A stretch of 40,000 bases of DNA from an uncultured Acidobacteriota bacterium (GCA_963811805.1 CAWESU010000003.1:324435-364434), one strand, 5' to 3'. Positions 7,991 to 17,790 are shown, counted from the first letter of the stretch. Notes: generated by a model from the letters alone, not told the origin. Translations and numbers: made by a program.

Positions 7991-10900
7991 TTGCGGTTGC
8001 CTGAACTTCAGCCCGACGATCCGATTAAGACTAGGTCGTACGCCAATGTCATTTTGATCGCGATTTTCGTGCTCTTGCTGTGCGTCAGTTGGTCGTTCTA
8101 CCAGGAATTCATCGGCCTGCGCCCGTGGCGCTCGTATCAGACTCGCTTCGCCGACTCTTACTCCGCCTATCTGCAAAAACAGGTTCGCGACCGCGAGGCC
8201 GCGGAAAAGGCCGTCGAATCGTCGCCCGACTATCAGAAGCTCCAGGCCGCTCTTCAGCAAGCCGAAGCGGTTGCCGACCCGCAAGACAAAGCCATCAAGC
8301 GCCAGACCGACCTCGTCGACCTGCAGCGCGCCGCGATTCTTTCATCCTTTCAGACCGACCGCAGCCTCGTCGGCTCGCTCGTCTATGATTACGAAGTGGT
8401 TCCCAACACCGCCGCCTACCGCAGCGAAAAGCAAAGCCACCTCAAAGCCGTCCTCGATGCCGAGGCCACCGAATACTCGGTGGACTGGCCCGAGGGCGGC
8501 GGCAAAACGATCACCAAGGAGTTCAATTACAACCAGCTGAACGATACCTTCAATCAATTGCTCGACCAGAAGGCCCAGCTCACCGCCAAGCAGGGAGATA
8601 TAGACAAGCCCGTCAAGGATGCCCAGGCCGCCATGGCCAGCCTCATCAGCGACAAACTCCCGGGCCTCACTGCGGATCAGCTCGGCGGATTGCTGAAATC
8701 CGTGCGCGAGATGGACGTCACTCTGGTCCAGATCAACGTCAATCCTCCCGGCACTCAAATCAACGACATCGGCGGCGTTGGCCTCACCGATCGCTGCCAG
8801 TCCTGCCATGTGGGCATGAATCCGAAATACGTTCCCGCGTCGTTGACTCTCACCAAAGCGGATCTCGGCTTGCAGAAAAGCAATGACGCGCCGTTCTCCA
8901 GCCATCCCGATCAGGATCTCTTCAAGTGGCACCCGCTCGATAAGTTCGGCTGCTCGCCGTGCCATGGCGGTAATGGCCGTGCTCTCGACACCGTGGAACT
9001 GGCTCATGGCCGCTATGAACACTGGCTCTGGCCGCTTAACTATCCGGAGAACTATCAGGCCGGCTGCCAGCAGTGCCATTCCGCAGACGCGTGGACTGAG
9101 CACGCTCCGGTGCTCAACGAGGCCAAGATTCTCTTCCGCGACCGCGGCTGCATCGGTTGCCACAATTACGCTGGCTTCGACAATCAAGACGAGCAGCTGC
9201 AGGATACCGATCGCGAAATCGCTAGCCTCGAGAAGGAAAAGGCCGACGATAATCAGCAGATTCCTATCCTGAATAAACACGGAGACCAGGCGCCCGACAA
9301 CGCCACCGCGCAGCGCCTCTATGCCGAGGCCACCAATCTCACCGTCACCGTCAGCAAGCTCGATGCTCGCGTCGAACAGCTCGACCAGTTGAGCCACAGC
9401 CTCCAGCAAGAAGTGAAAATGGTCGGCCCGGACCTGAAAGAAGTCCGTTTGAAGCTTCATCCCGAATGGATTCCGTACTGGCTGGGGCACACTTGGAATT
9501 TCGATCCCACGGCGCAAATGCCGCAGTTCCGCCTCGAGCCGGACGAAGTCCAGGCCATCTCCGCGTTCATCTGGCAGCAAGGCCTGAAAGGCCCCGCTCT
9601 GGATAAGCAGGCCCCCGGCGATCCCGCCAAGGGCAAGGATTTGTTCAATTCGCTCGGCTGTCTCGCGTGCCATTCCATCGGCGAAGGCTCGCAGAAAATC
9701 GGCGGCGACATCGCCGACAATCTAAGCCGCGAGGGAGAAAAGGCGAACTACGACTACATCGTCCGCTGGATCCACAATCCGCGCGTGCGCAGCGCGCCCT
9801 ACGATCCGTATCTGCATCGTGACCTGACTCCCGCGGACTACGCCAAGCGCGGCCTGCCCTTTGTTTTCGACGTCGATCATTCGCGCAGCCCCGTGGACGG
9901 CCACGAGCTCGTCGTTCAGCAGCAGACCATCATGCCGGACTTCCGCCTCAGTTGGCAGGAAGCCCGCGACATCGCCAGTTTCCTGATGACCCAGAAAGAC
10001 GCCAGTTCCCATTACGACCCCGCGCCTTTCGTCAACGATACAAGCCTCTACGCCAAAGGCCAGGCCCTCGTCGTGCACTACGGCTGCGCTGGCTGCCATG
10101 AGATCAGCGGCCTTGAGGACGCCTCGCGCGTCGGCACCGACCTCACCCAGGAGGGCAGCAAGCCCATCGGCCGCTTCGACTTCGCGCTCCTTTACACCAA
10201 GGCGCAGGATGGCATTCTCCCCGACGGCCAACGTTTGAAGCGCGGCAACGAGTACAGCAGTTGGTACGACCTCAAGGGCTTCTTCGACCAAAAGCTCGCC
10301 GATCCCGCCGTTTTCGACGAAGGCGAGTACAAGCCGGACCCTATGGACCGGCTCAAGATGCCCAAGCCGAATGTCACGCAGGATCAGATCAACGCCCTGA
10401 CTTCTTTCCTGCTCGGCAGCACGCAATCTACTTTGCCGCCGAGCTACCAGTATCTCCCCACGGATCAGCGCCAGGCCATTCAGGACGGCTGGTGGATCGT
10501 CACGAAATACAACTGCATCGGCTGCCATCAGATCGATATCGGCCAGAAAACCGTTTTGATGGACCTCCCCACGTATAAAGGCGACAACGCCATCAATCTG
10601 CCGCCTGTGCTCACCAGCGAAGGCGCGCGCGTCAACCCGGAATGGCTGAAGGGCTTCCTCGCCAATCCGGCGCTGAGCGCCACGGATGAAGACCGCGACG
10701 GCGTGCGGCAATACCTGAAAGTCCGCATGCCCACCTTCTTCCTCTCCGACGACGAAATTCGCAAGCTCGTGCTTTTCTTCGGCGCGCTCTCTTCGCAGCA
10801 GCAGCCGTTCATTCCCGAAAAGCTCGTGCCGTTGACCGATGAGGAGCGCAGTGTGGCGCGCTCCATCTTCACCAGCCCGGCCGCTCCGTGCTTGAAGTGC

Positions 10901-11233
10901 CACATGACCGGCAATCCTGACCACGACAAAAACGCCACCGCGCCCAATTTCTTGCTCGCCGGGCAGCGACTGCGCTCCGCGTGGACCGAACGCTGGATCA
11001 CCGAGCCTGCCACCATCATTCCCGGCACCGCCATGCCGTCGGGCCTCTTCGTGCGCCAGGGGAACCGCTGGGTGTTCAACGGCCCGCTGCCCCCCGCGGC
11101 GAAAAATTACACCGGCGACGAAGCCGATCTCCTGGTCCGTTATCTGATGGAACTCACGCCGCAGGAGCAGGCCATGCTTTCCGGCCACACTCCCGCGGCT
11201 GCGAAATCAGGTTCCTCCAGCGTCAAAAAGTAA
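7991..11233 (+). CDS. membrane-anchored octaheme c-type cytochrome
   Basis: Eight CxxCH motifs: CQSCH, CSPCH, CQQCH, CIGCH, CLACH, CAGCH, CIGCH, CLKCH. N-terminal TM helix. The AAGGAGA RBS abuts TTG 7991, so in-frame TTG 7997 may be the real start. Confidence 0.85.
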   Translation: MRLPELQPDDPIKTRSYANVILIAIFVLLLCVSWSFYQEFIGLRPWRSYQTRFADSYSAYLQKQVRDREAAEKAVESSPDYQKLQAALQQAEAVADPQDKAIKRQTDLVDLQRAAILSSFQTDRSLVGSLVYDYEVVPNTAAYRSEKQSHLKAVLDAEATEYSVDWPEGGGKTITKEFNYNQLNDTFNQLLDQKAQLTAKQGDIDKPVKDAQAAMASLISDKLPGLTADQLGGLLKSVREMDVTLVQINVNPPGTQINDIGGVGLTDRCQSCHVGMNPKYVPASLTLTKADLGLQKSNDAPFSSHPDQDLFKWHPLDKFGCSPCHGGNGRALDTVELAHGRYEHWLWPLNYPENYQAGCQQCHSADAWTEHAPVLNEAKILFRDRGCIGCHNYAGFDNQDEQLQDTDREIASLEKEKADDNQQIPILNKHGDQAPDNATAQRLYAEATNLTVTVSKLDARVEQLDQLSHSLQQEVKMVGPDLKEVRLKLHPEWIPYWLGHTWNFDPTAQMPQFRLEPDEVQAISAFIWQQGLKGPALDKQAPGDPAKGKDLFNSLGCLACHSIGEGSQKIGGDIADNLSREGEKANYDYIVRWIHNPRVRSAPYDPYLHRDLTPADYAKRGLPFVFDVDHSRSPVDGHELVVQQQTIMPDFRLSWQEARDIASFLMTQKDASSHYDPAPFVNDTSLYAKGQALVVHYGCAGCHEISGLEDASRVGTDLTQEGSKPIGRFDFALLYTKAQDGILPDGQRLKRGNEYSSWYDLKGFFDQKLADPAVFDEGEYKPDPMDRLKMPKPNVTQDQINALTSFLLGSTQSTLPPSYQYLPTDQRQAIQDGWWIVTKYNCIGCHQIDIGQKTVLMDLPTYKGDNAINLPPVLTSEGARVNPEWLKGFLANPALSATDEDRDGVRQYLKVRMPTFFLSDDEIRKLVLFFGALSSQQQPFIPEKLVPLTDEERSVARSIFTSPAAPCLKCHMTGNPDHDKNATAPNFLLAGQRLRSAWTERWITEPATIIPGTAMPSGLFVRQGNRWVFNGPLPPAAKNYTGDEADLLVRYLMELTPQEQAMLSGHTPAAAKSGSSSVKK

Positions 11234-11318
11234 TATCCTGTCAGGTGTGGCGTTATCGAATAACGGTATCATCCGGTGTTTCCGGCCAAGTTCAAATTTC
11301 AGGAGGAATAATCGCGTT

Positions 11319-12098
11319 ATGAATAGGAAAGTTGTTTGTTGGACCGCAGCAATCGCATTCGCTGCCCTGGTGGGCGGCTGCAGCAAGAGCTCAAATGAGA
11401 CCGAACAGCAACAGCCCGCGGCCGCCGCCACGAAGACCATCGACCCGGCCACCGTAGGCTCAATCAGCGGAACCATTAAGCTCGACGGCACCGCGCCGAA
11501 ATATAAGCCCATCAACATGAGCGCCGATCCCTATTGCGTCAAAGCGAACAAGACGCCCGTGTATCCCGACGAAGTCGTCACCGGCGACGGCAATACCCTC
11601 GCCAACGTGATTGTCTACGTGAAAAGTGGTGCGGAAGGCTACTCGTTTCCCACGCCCAGCGACGCGGTTACCCTCGACCAGAAGGACTGCATGTACAATC
11701 CCCATGTCGTGGCGCTGATGGTTGGACAGCAGTTCAAGGTCGTCAATAGCGACGACACCACGCACAACATTCACCCTACGCCCACGGACAATCGCGAATG
11801 GAACAAATCGCAGCCGCCCAATGCGCCTCCCATCGAAGAAACCTTCGCGCGCCCGGAAGTCGCCATTCCCGTGAAGTGCAATGTTCACCCGTGGATGAAG
11901 GGCTACATCGGCGTGATGGCCAATCCCTTCTATATCGTCACCGACAAGGACGGGAAGTTCGACCTCAAGGGCCTTCCTCCGGGCACCTACACCATCGAAG
12001 CCTGGCAGGAAAAATATGGCACCCAGGATCAGACCGTGACCATCGGCGCCAAGGAAGACAAGACTGGCGTCGATTTCACGTTCAAAGCCGGCTCCTAA
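11319..12098 (+). CDS. cupredoxin (blue-copper) lipoprotein with C-terminal Ig-like domain
   Basis: ATG 11319 follows an AGGAGGA RBS. Lipobox ALVGGC. Type-1 copper ligand pattern: NSDDTTHNIHP ... CNVHPWM (amicyanin-like C-x2-H-x2-M). The tail DKDGKFDLKGLPPGTYTIEAW is CarboxypepD_reg-like. The 11247 track start lacks an RBS. Confidence 0.7.
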   Translation: MNRKVVCWTAAIAFAALVGGCSKSSNETEQQQPAAAATKTIDPATVGSISGTIKLDGTAPKYKPINMSADPYCVKANKTPVYPDEVVTGDGNTLANVIVYVKSGAEGYSFPTPSDAVTLDQKDCMYNPHVVALMVGQQFKVVNSDDTTHNIHPTPTDNREWNKSQPPNAPPIEETFARPEVAIPVKCNVHPWMKGYIGVMANPFYIVTDKDGKFDLKGLPPGTYTIEAWQEKYGTQDQTVTIGAKEDKTGVDFTFKAGS

Positions 12099-12120
12099 GG
12101 CTCGGAACCGTTTCCACAGC

Positions 12121-12165
12121 GGCGGCGCGTGCGCACCTCGCATTCGCCGCCCTCCTTTTTCTTTT
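12121..12165 (+). terminator. possible rho-independent terminator after the bc/cupredoxin operon
   Basis: GGCGGCG (12121-27) pairs with CGCCGCC (12145-51), followed by TTTTTCTTTT. The loop is long, so confidence is modest. Confidence 0.35.
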
Positions 12166-12272
12166 GAGGCGCTGGTGCGCTGCGTATACTATAGAGTTGC
12201 ATCCGTTGTTCCTTGTGAAACGAAATGACCGCCACTCCCGCTCAATCGTTCATCCAAAAACCGGAGCCTGAA

Positions 12273-12686
12273 ATGCGATTGCGGCCTCATTTGAATTTCG
12301 ACGGCAAATGCGAAGCGGCTTTCAAGTTCTACGAGAACTGCCTGGGCGGCAAAATCACCTTTATGATGACCTACGGAGACTCCCCCATGGCTGCGCAGAC
12401 GCAGCCCGATTGGCAGAAGAAGATCATCCACGCCACGCTCGCCGTGGGCGACCAGGTCTTGACGGGTGCGGATGCTCCGCCGGGCTACTATCAGAAACCC
12501 CAGGGCTTCTCCGTCACGTTGAATGTTTCCGATGCGGCGGAAGCCGATCGCATCTTCAACGCCCTTTCGGAAAAAGGCGTGGTGCAAATGCCGGTTCAGG
12601 AAACTTTCTGGGCGCTGCGTTTTGGTATGTTTGTGGACCAGTTCGGGACGCCATGGATGATCAATTGTGGGAAGCCGCAGGCTTGA
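12273..12686 (+). CDS. VOC/glyoxalase-fold protein (PhnB/YjdN-like)
   Basis: MRLRPHLNFDGKCEAAFKFYENCLGG...TFWALRFGMFVDQFGTPWMINC is the typical pattern of this family. ATG 12273 is preferred over the track start 12225. Confidence 0.7.
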   Translation: MRLRPHLNFDGKCEAAFKFYENCLGGKITFMMTYGDSPMAAQTQPDWQKKIIHATLAVGDQVLTGADAPPGYYQKPQGFSVTLNVSDAAEADRIFNALSEKGVVQMPVQETFWALRFGMFVDQFGTPWMINCGKPQA

Positions 12687-13617
12687 AGGGACATCGGTTT
12701 TGAGAGAAGCAGGGAATCGCAATCTTCATCGTTTCGCCGTTTTCACTGCGTGCTGCACTTTTCTCCTGGTCATCGCGGGCGCGCTGGTCACCAGCAACGA
12801 AGCCGGCCTCGCCGTTCCGGACTGGCCGCTTTCTTACGGCACGCTCTTTCCTCCCATGGTCGGCGGAATTTTTTACGAGCACGGCCATCGCATGATCGCC
12901 GGCTTCGTCGGCATCCTCACCATCATCTTGGCCATCTGGACGCAGCAGCGTGAATCCCGCCGCTGGCTGCGCAATCTCGCCTGGGGCGCGCTCGGCCTCG
13001 TTGTCGCGCAAGCCGTTCTCGGCGGCATCACCGTGAAATTCCTTCTGCCTCCGCCGGTTTCCTCCGCCCACGCAACGCTCGCCGAACTTTTCTTCATCAC
13101 CGTCTTTTCCATCGCGATTTTCACCGGCAAATGGTGGCTGAGCGATTTGCCGCAGCTCGAAGACAGCGGCTCTCCCAAATTGCGCACCCTCACCGTCTGG
13201 ACCTCTATCCTCATCCTCATCCAGATCGTCTTGGGCGCCGCCTTCCGCCACAACGCCTTCGGCATTATTCCGCACCTCATCGGTGCCGCGGTCGTGACGG
13301 TCATGGTCTTCTGGACCGTGCTCGCCGTCAGCCGCCGCTTTAGGTCCGCGAAAGACCTGCGCGTCGCTGCGCGCTATCTCGAAATCGCGCTGGGCCTTCA
13401 ACTCGTTTTGGGAGGCTTCGCCTACTGGGCCGTAGTCGCCGCGCGCGACGCCGTGCAGCCAACGCCCCTCTACGTCGCGCTTACCGTCATTCATGTCGCC
13501 GTCGGCGCTCTCACCTTCGCCGCCAGCGTTTTCCTGATGCTGCGCTGCTTCCGCATGCTCGCGCCCGCGCAGGCTCACGCCGCGCTCGAAACTCCGCGCG
13601 AAAGGGCCATTTCGTGA
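12667..13617 (+). CDS. ctaA: heme A synthase (COX15/CtaA family)
   Basis: LVTSNEAGLAVPDWPLSYG and HRMIAG motifs; 8-TM profile; stop overlaps the ctaB start (GTGA). The start is uncertain: GTG 12667 or TTG about 12700. Confidence 0.8.
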   Translation: MGSRRLEGTSVLREAGNRNLHRFAVFTACCTFLLVIAGALVTSNEAGLAVPDWPLSYGTLFPPMVGGIFYEHGHRMIAGFVGILTIILAIWTQQRESRRWLRNLAWGALGLVVAQAVLGGITVKFLLPPPVSSAHATLAELFFITVFSIAIFTGKWWLSDLPQLEDSGSPKLRTLTVWTSILILIQIVLGAAFRHNAFGIIPHLIGAAVVTVMVFWTVLAVSRRFRSAKDLRVAARYLEIALGLQLVLGGFAYWAVVAARDAVQPTPLYVALTVIHVAVGALTFAASVFLMLRCFRMLAPAQAHAALETPRERAIS

Positions 13618-14522
13618 GCGCTCCGCCGGTCACCACCGCTCGCGCCGCATCCGTTCCGGCGCTCTCGCGCTCGTGGTCCTATCTCGTGCTCACTAAGCCC
13701 GACGTCACTTTTCTCGTCGTCCTCACCACCGCCGCGGGATTTTACTTGGGCTCGACAGGCGCGCTCGATCCTGTAGCAATGTTCAACGCTGTCTTTGGCA
13801 CCACGCTGGTCGGCGCCGGCACCGCCGCTCTCAATCACTATATGGAGCGCGCCAGCGACGCCAAAATGCGCCGCACCGCAGGCCGCCCTTTGCCTCTCGG
13901 CGCTTTGCGTCCCGCGGAAGCGCTCGCTTTCGGCGCCGGCCTCGTGCTTGCCGGCGGAATTTATCTCGCGCTGTTCTCGAATCTGCTGGCCTGCTCGCTC
14001 GCCCTGCTCACCACGCTGCTTTATTTGGGCCTCTACACGCCGCTCAAAAAGCACACCACCTGGGCCACCGCCATCGGCGCGTTTCCGGGAGCCATTCCGC
14101 CGCTCGTCGGCTGGGCCGCCGCTCGCGGCTCGCTCAACGAAGGCGCTTGGCTGCTCTTCGCCATTCTGTTTCTCTGGCAGTTCCCGCATTTCTATTCCAT
14201 CGCCTGGATGTACCGCGAAGACTACGCCCGCGCCGGCATCCAGATGCTTCCGGTCGTCGACCCCACCGGCGCAGCCACCTTCGGCCAGATTATTTTCACC
14301 GCCGCGATACTGGTTCCCGTCAGCCTGCTGCCCTCGGTCACGGGACTTGCCGGCAGCAGCTATTTCTTCGGCGCATTTCTGATCGGCTTGCTACTGTTCC
14401 AGGCGAGCCTGTGGGCTTCACGCACGCGCACCAACGTCCGCGCCAAATGGCTGATGCACGCAACGGTCGCGCACATTCCGCTGCTTTTGGGTTTGCTGAT
14501 GCTCGATAAAGTCGTAAAGTGA
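13614..14522 (+). CDS. ctaB: protoheme IX farnesyltransferase (heme O synthase)
   Basis: UbiA-fold prenyltransferase. NHYMERASDAKMRRTAGRPLP (NxxxDxxxD-type motif) and YSIAWMYREDY. Adjacent to ctaA. Confidence 0.9.
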   Translation: MSAPPVTTARAASVPALSRSWSYLVLTKPDVTFLVVLTTAAGFYLGSTGALDPVAMFNAVFGTTLVGAGTAALNHYMERASDAKMRRTAGRPLPLGALRPAEALAFGAGLVLAGGIYLALFSNLLACSLALLTTLLYLGLYTPLKKHTTWATAIGAFPGAIPPLVGWAAARGSLNEGAWLLFAILFLWQFPHFYSIAWMYREDYARAGIQMLPVVDPTGAATFGQIIFTAAILVPVSLLPSVTGLAGSSYFFGAFLIGLLLFQASLWASRTRTNVRAKWLMHATVAHIPLLLGLLMLDKVVK

Positions 14523-14570
14523 CAACGCGCTTTGCTGAATGATTGCTTTAGCGAGATTTGGTCCCGCGTT

Positions 14571-14596
14571 GTCATCCTGAGCGGAGCGAAGGATCT
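14571..14596. repeat. dispersed copy of the GTCATyCTGAGCGGAGCG...GAAGrATCT repeat family
   Basis: GTCATCCTGAGCGGAGCGAAGGATCT is the same core as the copies at 20358, 20568 and 20877. Confidence 0.7.
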
Positions 14597-14658
14597 AGTT
14601 TTGGGCTTTGGTGAATCTGCGGTTTTCTCTTAAATTCTTTCGAAAGGTCGCAACCGCT

Positions 14659-14871
14659 ATGATCGAAGTGGGCGTGATTGCTCTCGTCATGGTGCTTTTG
14701 TCCGTCCTCGGCATGGTCTGGGATTTTGCCAGCGGCCTCATCACCGCCGGCATCGATGGAATTTTTCTCTTGCTGGTTTGCCTGATGGTCGGCGGTGTTT
14801 TCTCTCTCCAGCTTCTTTACCTCGCGTATGACCGCCGTCGTCAGCACGCGTCCTCATTGGGCGGAAAGTAG
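14659..14871 (+). CDS. small two-TM membrane protein (hypothetical)
   Basis: MIEVGVIALVMVLLSVLGMVW...IFLLLVCLMVGGVFSL. It lies between ctaB and DUF420. The start is chosen at the internal ATG, since the track start 14608 overlaps the repeat copy region. Confidence 0.35.
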   Translation: MIEVGVIALVMVLLSVLGMVWDFASGLITAGIDGIFLLLVCLMVGGVFSLQLLYLAYDRRRQHASSLGGK

Positions 14872-14874
14872 TCC

Positions 14875-15330
14875 TTGTCCGCTTTGCTTCCGCTCCACGC
14901 GCTTCCGCGTTTGAACGCAATTCTCAACGCCGCGAGCGCCGTCCTTCTCGTCACCGGCTACATTTTCATTCGCCGCCACAAAATCCTTGCGCACAAAACT
15001 TGCATGTTGTCGGCCTTTGGCTGCTCCACATGCTTTCTCGCGTCCTATCTTTACTTCCACTTTCACGCCGGCCTCGTCCGCTTTTCCGGCCAGGGACCCA
15101 TTCGTCCTGCCTATTTCACCATTCTCATCAGCCACACGATTCTCGCCGTCGTCATCGTCCCGCTCGTGCTCATCACTTTGACGTTCGCTCTGCGCAACCG
15201 TTTCCGCAGCCACAAAGCCATCGCCCGCTGGACCCTGCCTCTCTGGCTCTACGTCTCCATCACCGGCGTCATCGTCTACTGGCTCCTCTTCGTCCTCTAC
15301 AAGCCCATCTCCTCCATCCCCGGCTTGTAG
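14875..15330 (+). CDS. DUF420-family membrane protein (commonly linked to heme-copper oxidase/ctaA loci)
   Basis: Four TM helices. LNAASAVLLVTGYIFIRRHKILAHKTCM and the HTILAVV pattern are typical of DUF420. TTG start. Confidence 0.65.
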   Translation: MSALLPLHALPRLNAILNAASAVLLVTGYIFIRRHKILAHKTCMLSAFGCSTCFLASYLYFHFHAGLVRFSGQGPIRPAYFTILISHTILAVVIVPLVLITLTFALRNRFRSHKAIARWTLPLWLYVSITGVIVYWLLFVLYKPISSIPGL

Positions 15331-15433
15331 CGCCTACCGCAACGGTTTCGGTTGCGTGATTTCTTCGACCATCATAGAGCGCCGGGACCAATTTTTTCGG
15401 TAGGATCCTTTGCCAGCTTTTTCCAAGAAACTC

Positions 15434-16186
15434 CTAGTTCGCTGGGCAGTCGTATTCGTCCATGAAATCGAAATGGATGTTCGGAAATCTGTTCGTCAAC
15501 TCCGTGACTTTCGCCGGGCTCTGGGTGATCCTACAGTTGTTCCCGAGTGTTACGCGGGTGAGATTGGGCAGCGTCTTCAGGAAGCCCGGAAGATCGCTCA
15601 AATCGTTTCCATTCAGTTCAAGCACGCGCAGCTCCTGTAGTCTGGCGACGACAGGTGACAGCTCTTTAAGCGCATTGAATTGAAATCGAAGCTCTCCGAG
15701 TTTCGGAAGGTCGCCCACAAAGGAAGGTATTTCCGTAAGCCCGTTCCTTCCCAAATCCAGATAGACAAGGTTCTTCAGTTGGGACATCGCACCGGGAAAT
15801 TTGTGGCGCTGGTGCGGCTGCGGGTTAGGCTCGTCGCCAACTGAACTCGGGTCCTGCGCGCCGTAGAGAACCAGTTTTTCCAGCGAGTATAAATTCCCTA
15901 TACTCTCCGGCAGAACCGGGTTCATAGCGCACCCGTTGCCGTTGTCGATGATCAATTCCCTGAGTCTGGTCAGCTTGCCGATAGAATCGGGCAGCACTTT
16001 GAGGGCTTCAACGCACTTGATCGAGAGCGACTCCAAATCCGGGTAGCTCTCAAGCTTGTCGAGTAATCCTGCGTTCTTTTCCGAAATCTTGAGGACCTTC
16101 ACAGATGATGATGCACGAGGAACTGGCATCGCAAGCAGAGCGAAGCTCATCAGGACGCCAATGGTTGCTGAAGCGATTTTGCTCAT
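15434..16186 (-). CDS. secreted leucine-rich repeat (LRR) protein
   Basis: Signal peptide MSKIASATIGVLMSFALLAMP. Repeated LxxLxLxxNxLxxLP units: LVYLDLGRNGLTEIP, LGELRFQFNALKELS, LRVLELNGNDLSDLP. GC is lower than in the neighbours. Confidence 0.8.
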   Translation of the reverse strand: MSKIASATIGVLMSFALLAMPVPRASSSVKVLKISEKNAGLLDKLESYPDLESLSIKCVEALKVLPDSIGKLTRLRELIIDNGNGCAMNPVLPESIGNLYSLEKLVLYGAQDPSSVGDEPNPQPHQRHKFPGAMSQLKNLVYLDLGRNGLTEIPSFVGDLPKLGELRFQFNALKELSPVVARLQELRVLELNGNDLSDLPGFLKTLPNLTRVTLGNNCRITQSPAKVTELTNRFPNIHFDFMDEYDCPAN

Positions 16187-16371
16187 ATACGGATGCTATC
16201 AGAAGACCGATTCAAGCAGGGTCATTGGAAAACCCGGATGTTAAATCCTGGTTAGTCGGGTTATCGGAAACTACGCCACCAATTCAGCCTGAGTCACCAC
16301 CAGCCGCCCCGCTCTTTAGGCCCCGCAAGCGCCTTTCTGTTATTCTGTAAAATTCAGGGAAGGGAATCGAC

Positions 16372-17259
16372 TTGAGCAGCTCGCCGGCATCCACCACAAC
16401 TCGCCGCCAACCCCTCAACAACCGCTGGACCTACATCGTCCTCGCGCTCACGCTGCTCTTCGTCTTGATGCCGTTCCTTTTCTGGCGCGCCACCTGGTTC
16501 GGCCGCCCGCTCACCGACGCGCAACTCGCCGACGCCCTCAATCCCAAGTCCAATCCTCACGACATCCAGCACGGCCTCTCCCAGGTCTCCGACCGCATCG
16601 TCCGCCGCGACCCCACAATCAAGAGCTTTTACCCCCAGGTAATCGCCCTCTCCGCGAGCCCCGACGCTCCCATCCGCGCCATGGACGCCTGGACCATGGG
16701 CCAGGACAATCAGTCGCCGCAATTCCATGCCGCGCTCCTGCCGATGCTCAAAGACCCTGACCCCACCGTCCGCCGCAACGCCGCCTTGGCTCTGGTCCGC
16801 TTCGACGACACCAGCGGCCACGACATCATCGTCGGCATGCTCAAAGCCGCCGCCGTCGATTCGCCCTCTGCAGGAACCTTGCGCACCCGCCTCAAGCCCG
16901 GCCAAACCATGAATCCCGGCACCCTCCTCGCGCGCATCCAAACGCCCACCGGCGAAAGGGAAGTGCGCTCCGAGATTCCCGGCACCCTGGATCGCTGGCT
17001 CGTATCGAATGGCGCCAGTGTCACCAGCGGCCAGCATCTCGCCGCTGTTTGGCCCAGCGACGACGAAGTCTGGGAAGCCTTGCGCGCCCTCTACCTTATC
17101 GGCCAACCCGCCGACCTCGATGCCATCGCGCCCTACGCCCGCGGCGGTGGCAACGCTCCGCCGCAACTCGCCGAGCAGGCGCGCAACACCATGCAAGCCA
17201 TCCGCGCCCGCGCCGCTTCGCCGAATTCCTCCTCAGCTCACCCCACGGCGGGCCCATAA
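16372..17259 (+). CDS. membrane-anchored HEAT-repeat protein with lipoyl/biotinyl-like barrel segment
   Basis: N-terminal TM WTYIVLALTLLFVLMPFLFW. HEAT/PBS-lyase-type repeat LKDPDPTVRRNAALALVRF. Barrel-like GTLLARIQTPTGEREVRSEIPGTLDRWLVSNGASVTSGQHLA. TTG start. Confidence 0.55.
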   Translation: MSSSPASTTTRRQPLNNRWTYIVLALTLLFVLMPFLFWRATWFGRPLTDAQLADALNPKSNPHDIQHGLSQVSDRIVRRDPTIKSFYPQVIALSASPDAPIRAMDAWTMGQDNQSPQFHAALLPMLKDPDPTVRRNAALALVRFDDTSGHDIIVGMLKAAAVDSPSAGTLRTRLKPGQTMNPGTLLARIQTPTGEREVRSEIPGTLDRWLVSNGASVTSGQHLAAVWPSDDEVWEALRALYLIGQPADLDAIAPYARGGGNAPPQLAEQARNTMQAIRARAASPNSSSAHPTAGP

Positions 17260-17436
17260 AGAGCTTACAATCCCGCAGCCGCGGAATCCTCCCGCATTCC
17301 TTGCTCATCCAATCACCGTGCGGGCATGAAGCCCTTGGAAACGCGCCCCCGCCATCGATTTCGCATTCGTTTCGCCAATTTGCTATAATGTCTTTGCAGC
17401 AACGCGGAAGTATTTATCTGAGCGGAGGATTTTCGA

Positions 17437-17763
17437 ATGATTTCTTTAACGCCTGTCGCGGTCACCAAAGTCAAAGAGATTATTGCGCAGCAAACGCCTG
17501 TCCCGACGGGCTTGCGCGTCGCCGTCGTGGGTGGCGGATGTTCCGGCTTCAGCTATCACATGGCTTTCGAAAATCAGGTCAACGAGGCCGGCGACAACAT
17601 CTACGAATTTGACGGCCTGAAGGTCCTTGTCGATCAGATGAGCGAGATGTATCTCGACGGCATTTCCATCGACTACATCGAATCCATCGAAGGCTCCGGC
17701 TTCAAATTCAACAATCCCAACGTCAAGAGCACCTGCGGCTGCGGCTCCTCCTTCAGCGTCTAA
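17437..17763 (+). CDS. HesB/IscA/ErpA-family iron-sulfur cluster insertion protein
   Basis: 108 aa. GGGCSGFSY and the C-terminal STCGCGSSF cysteine signature. Confidence 0.9.
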   Translation: MISLTPVAVTKVKEIIAQQTPVPTGLRVAVVGGGCSGFSYHMAFENQVNEAGDNIYEFDGLKVLVDQMSEMYLDGISIDYIESIEGSGFKFNNPNVKSTCGCGSSFSV

Positions 17764-17790
17764 CTCGCATCGCATCATTCCGAACTCACT

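Noticed and set aside
8342-11188. Long minus-strand ORFs (443 aa and 488 aa) antisense to the octaheme cytochrome gene. Similar cases: 243..854, 628..1302, 2350..3312, 5084..5926, 6971..7789, 12661..13578, 13575..14189, 16354..17196 and 19420..20328.
   Set aside because: These are shadow ORFs typical of high-GC DNA. They have R/G/A/E-rich low-complexity translations and no motifs. Each lies fully inside a well-supported gene on the other strand.
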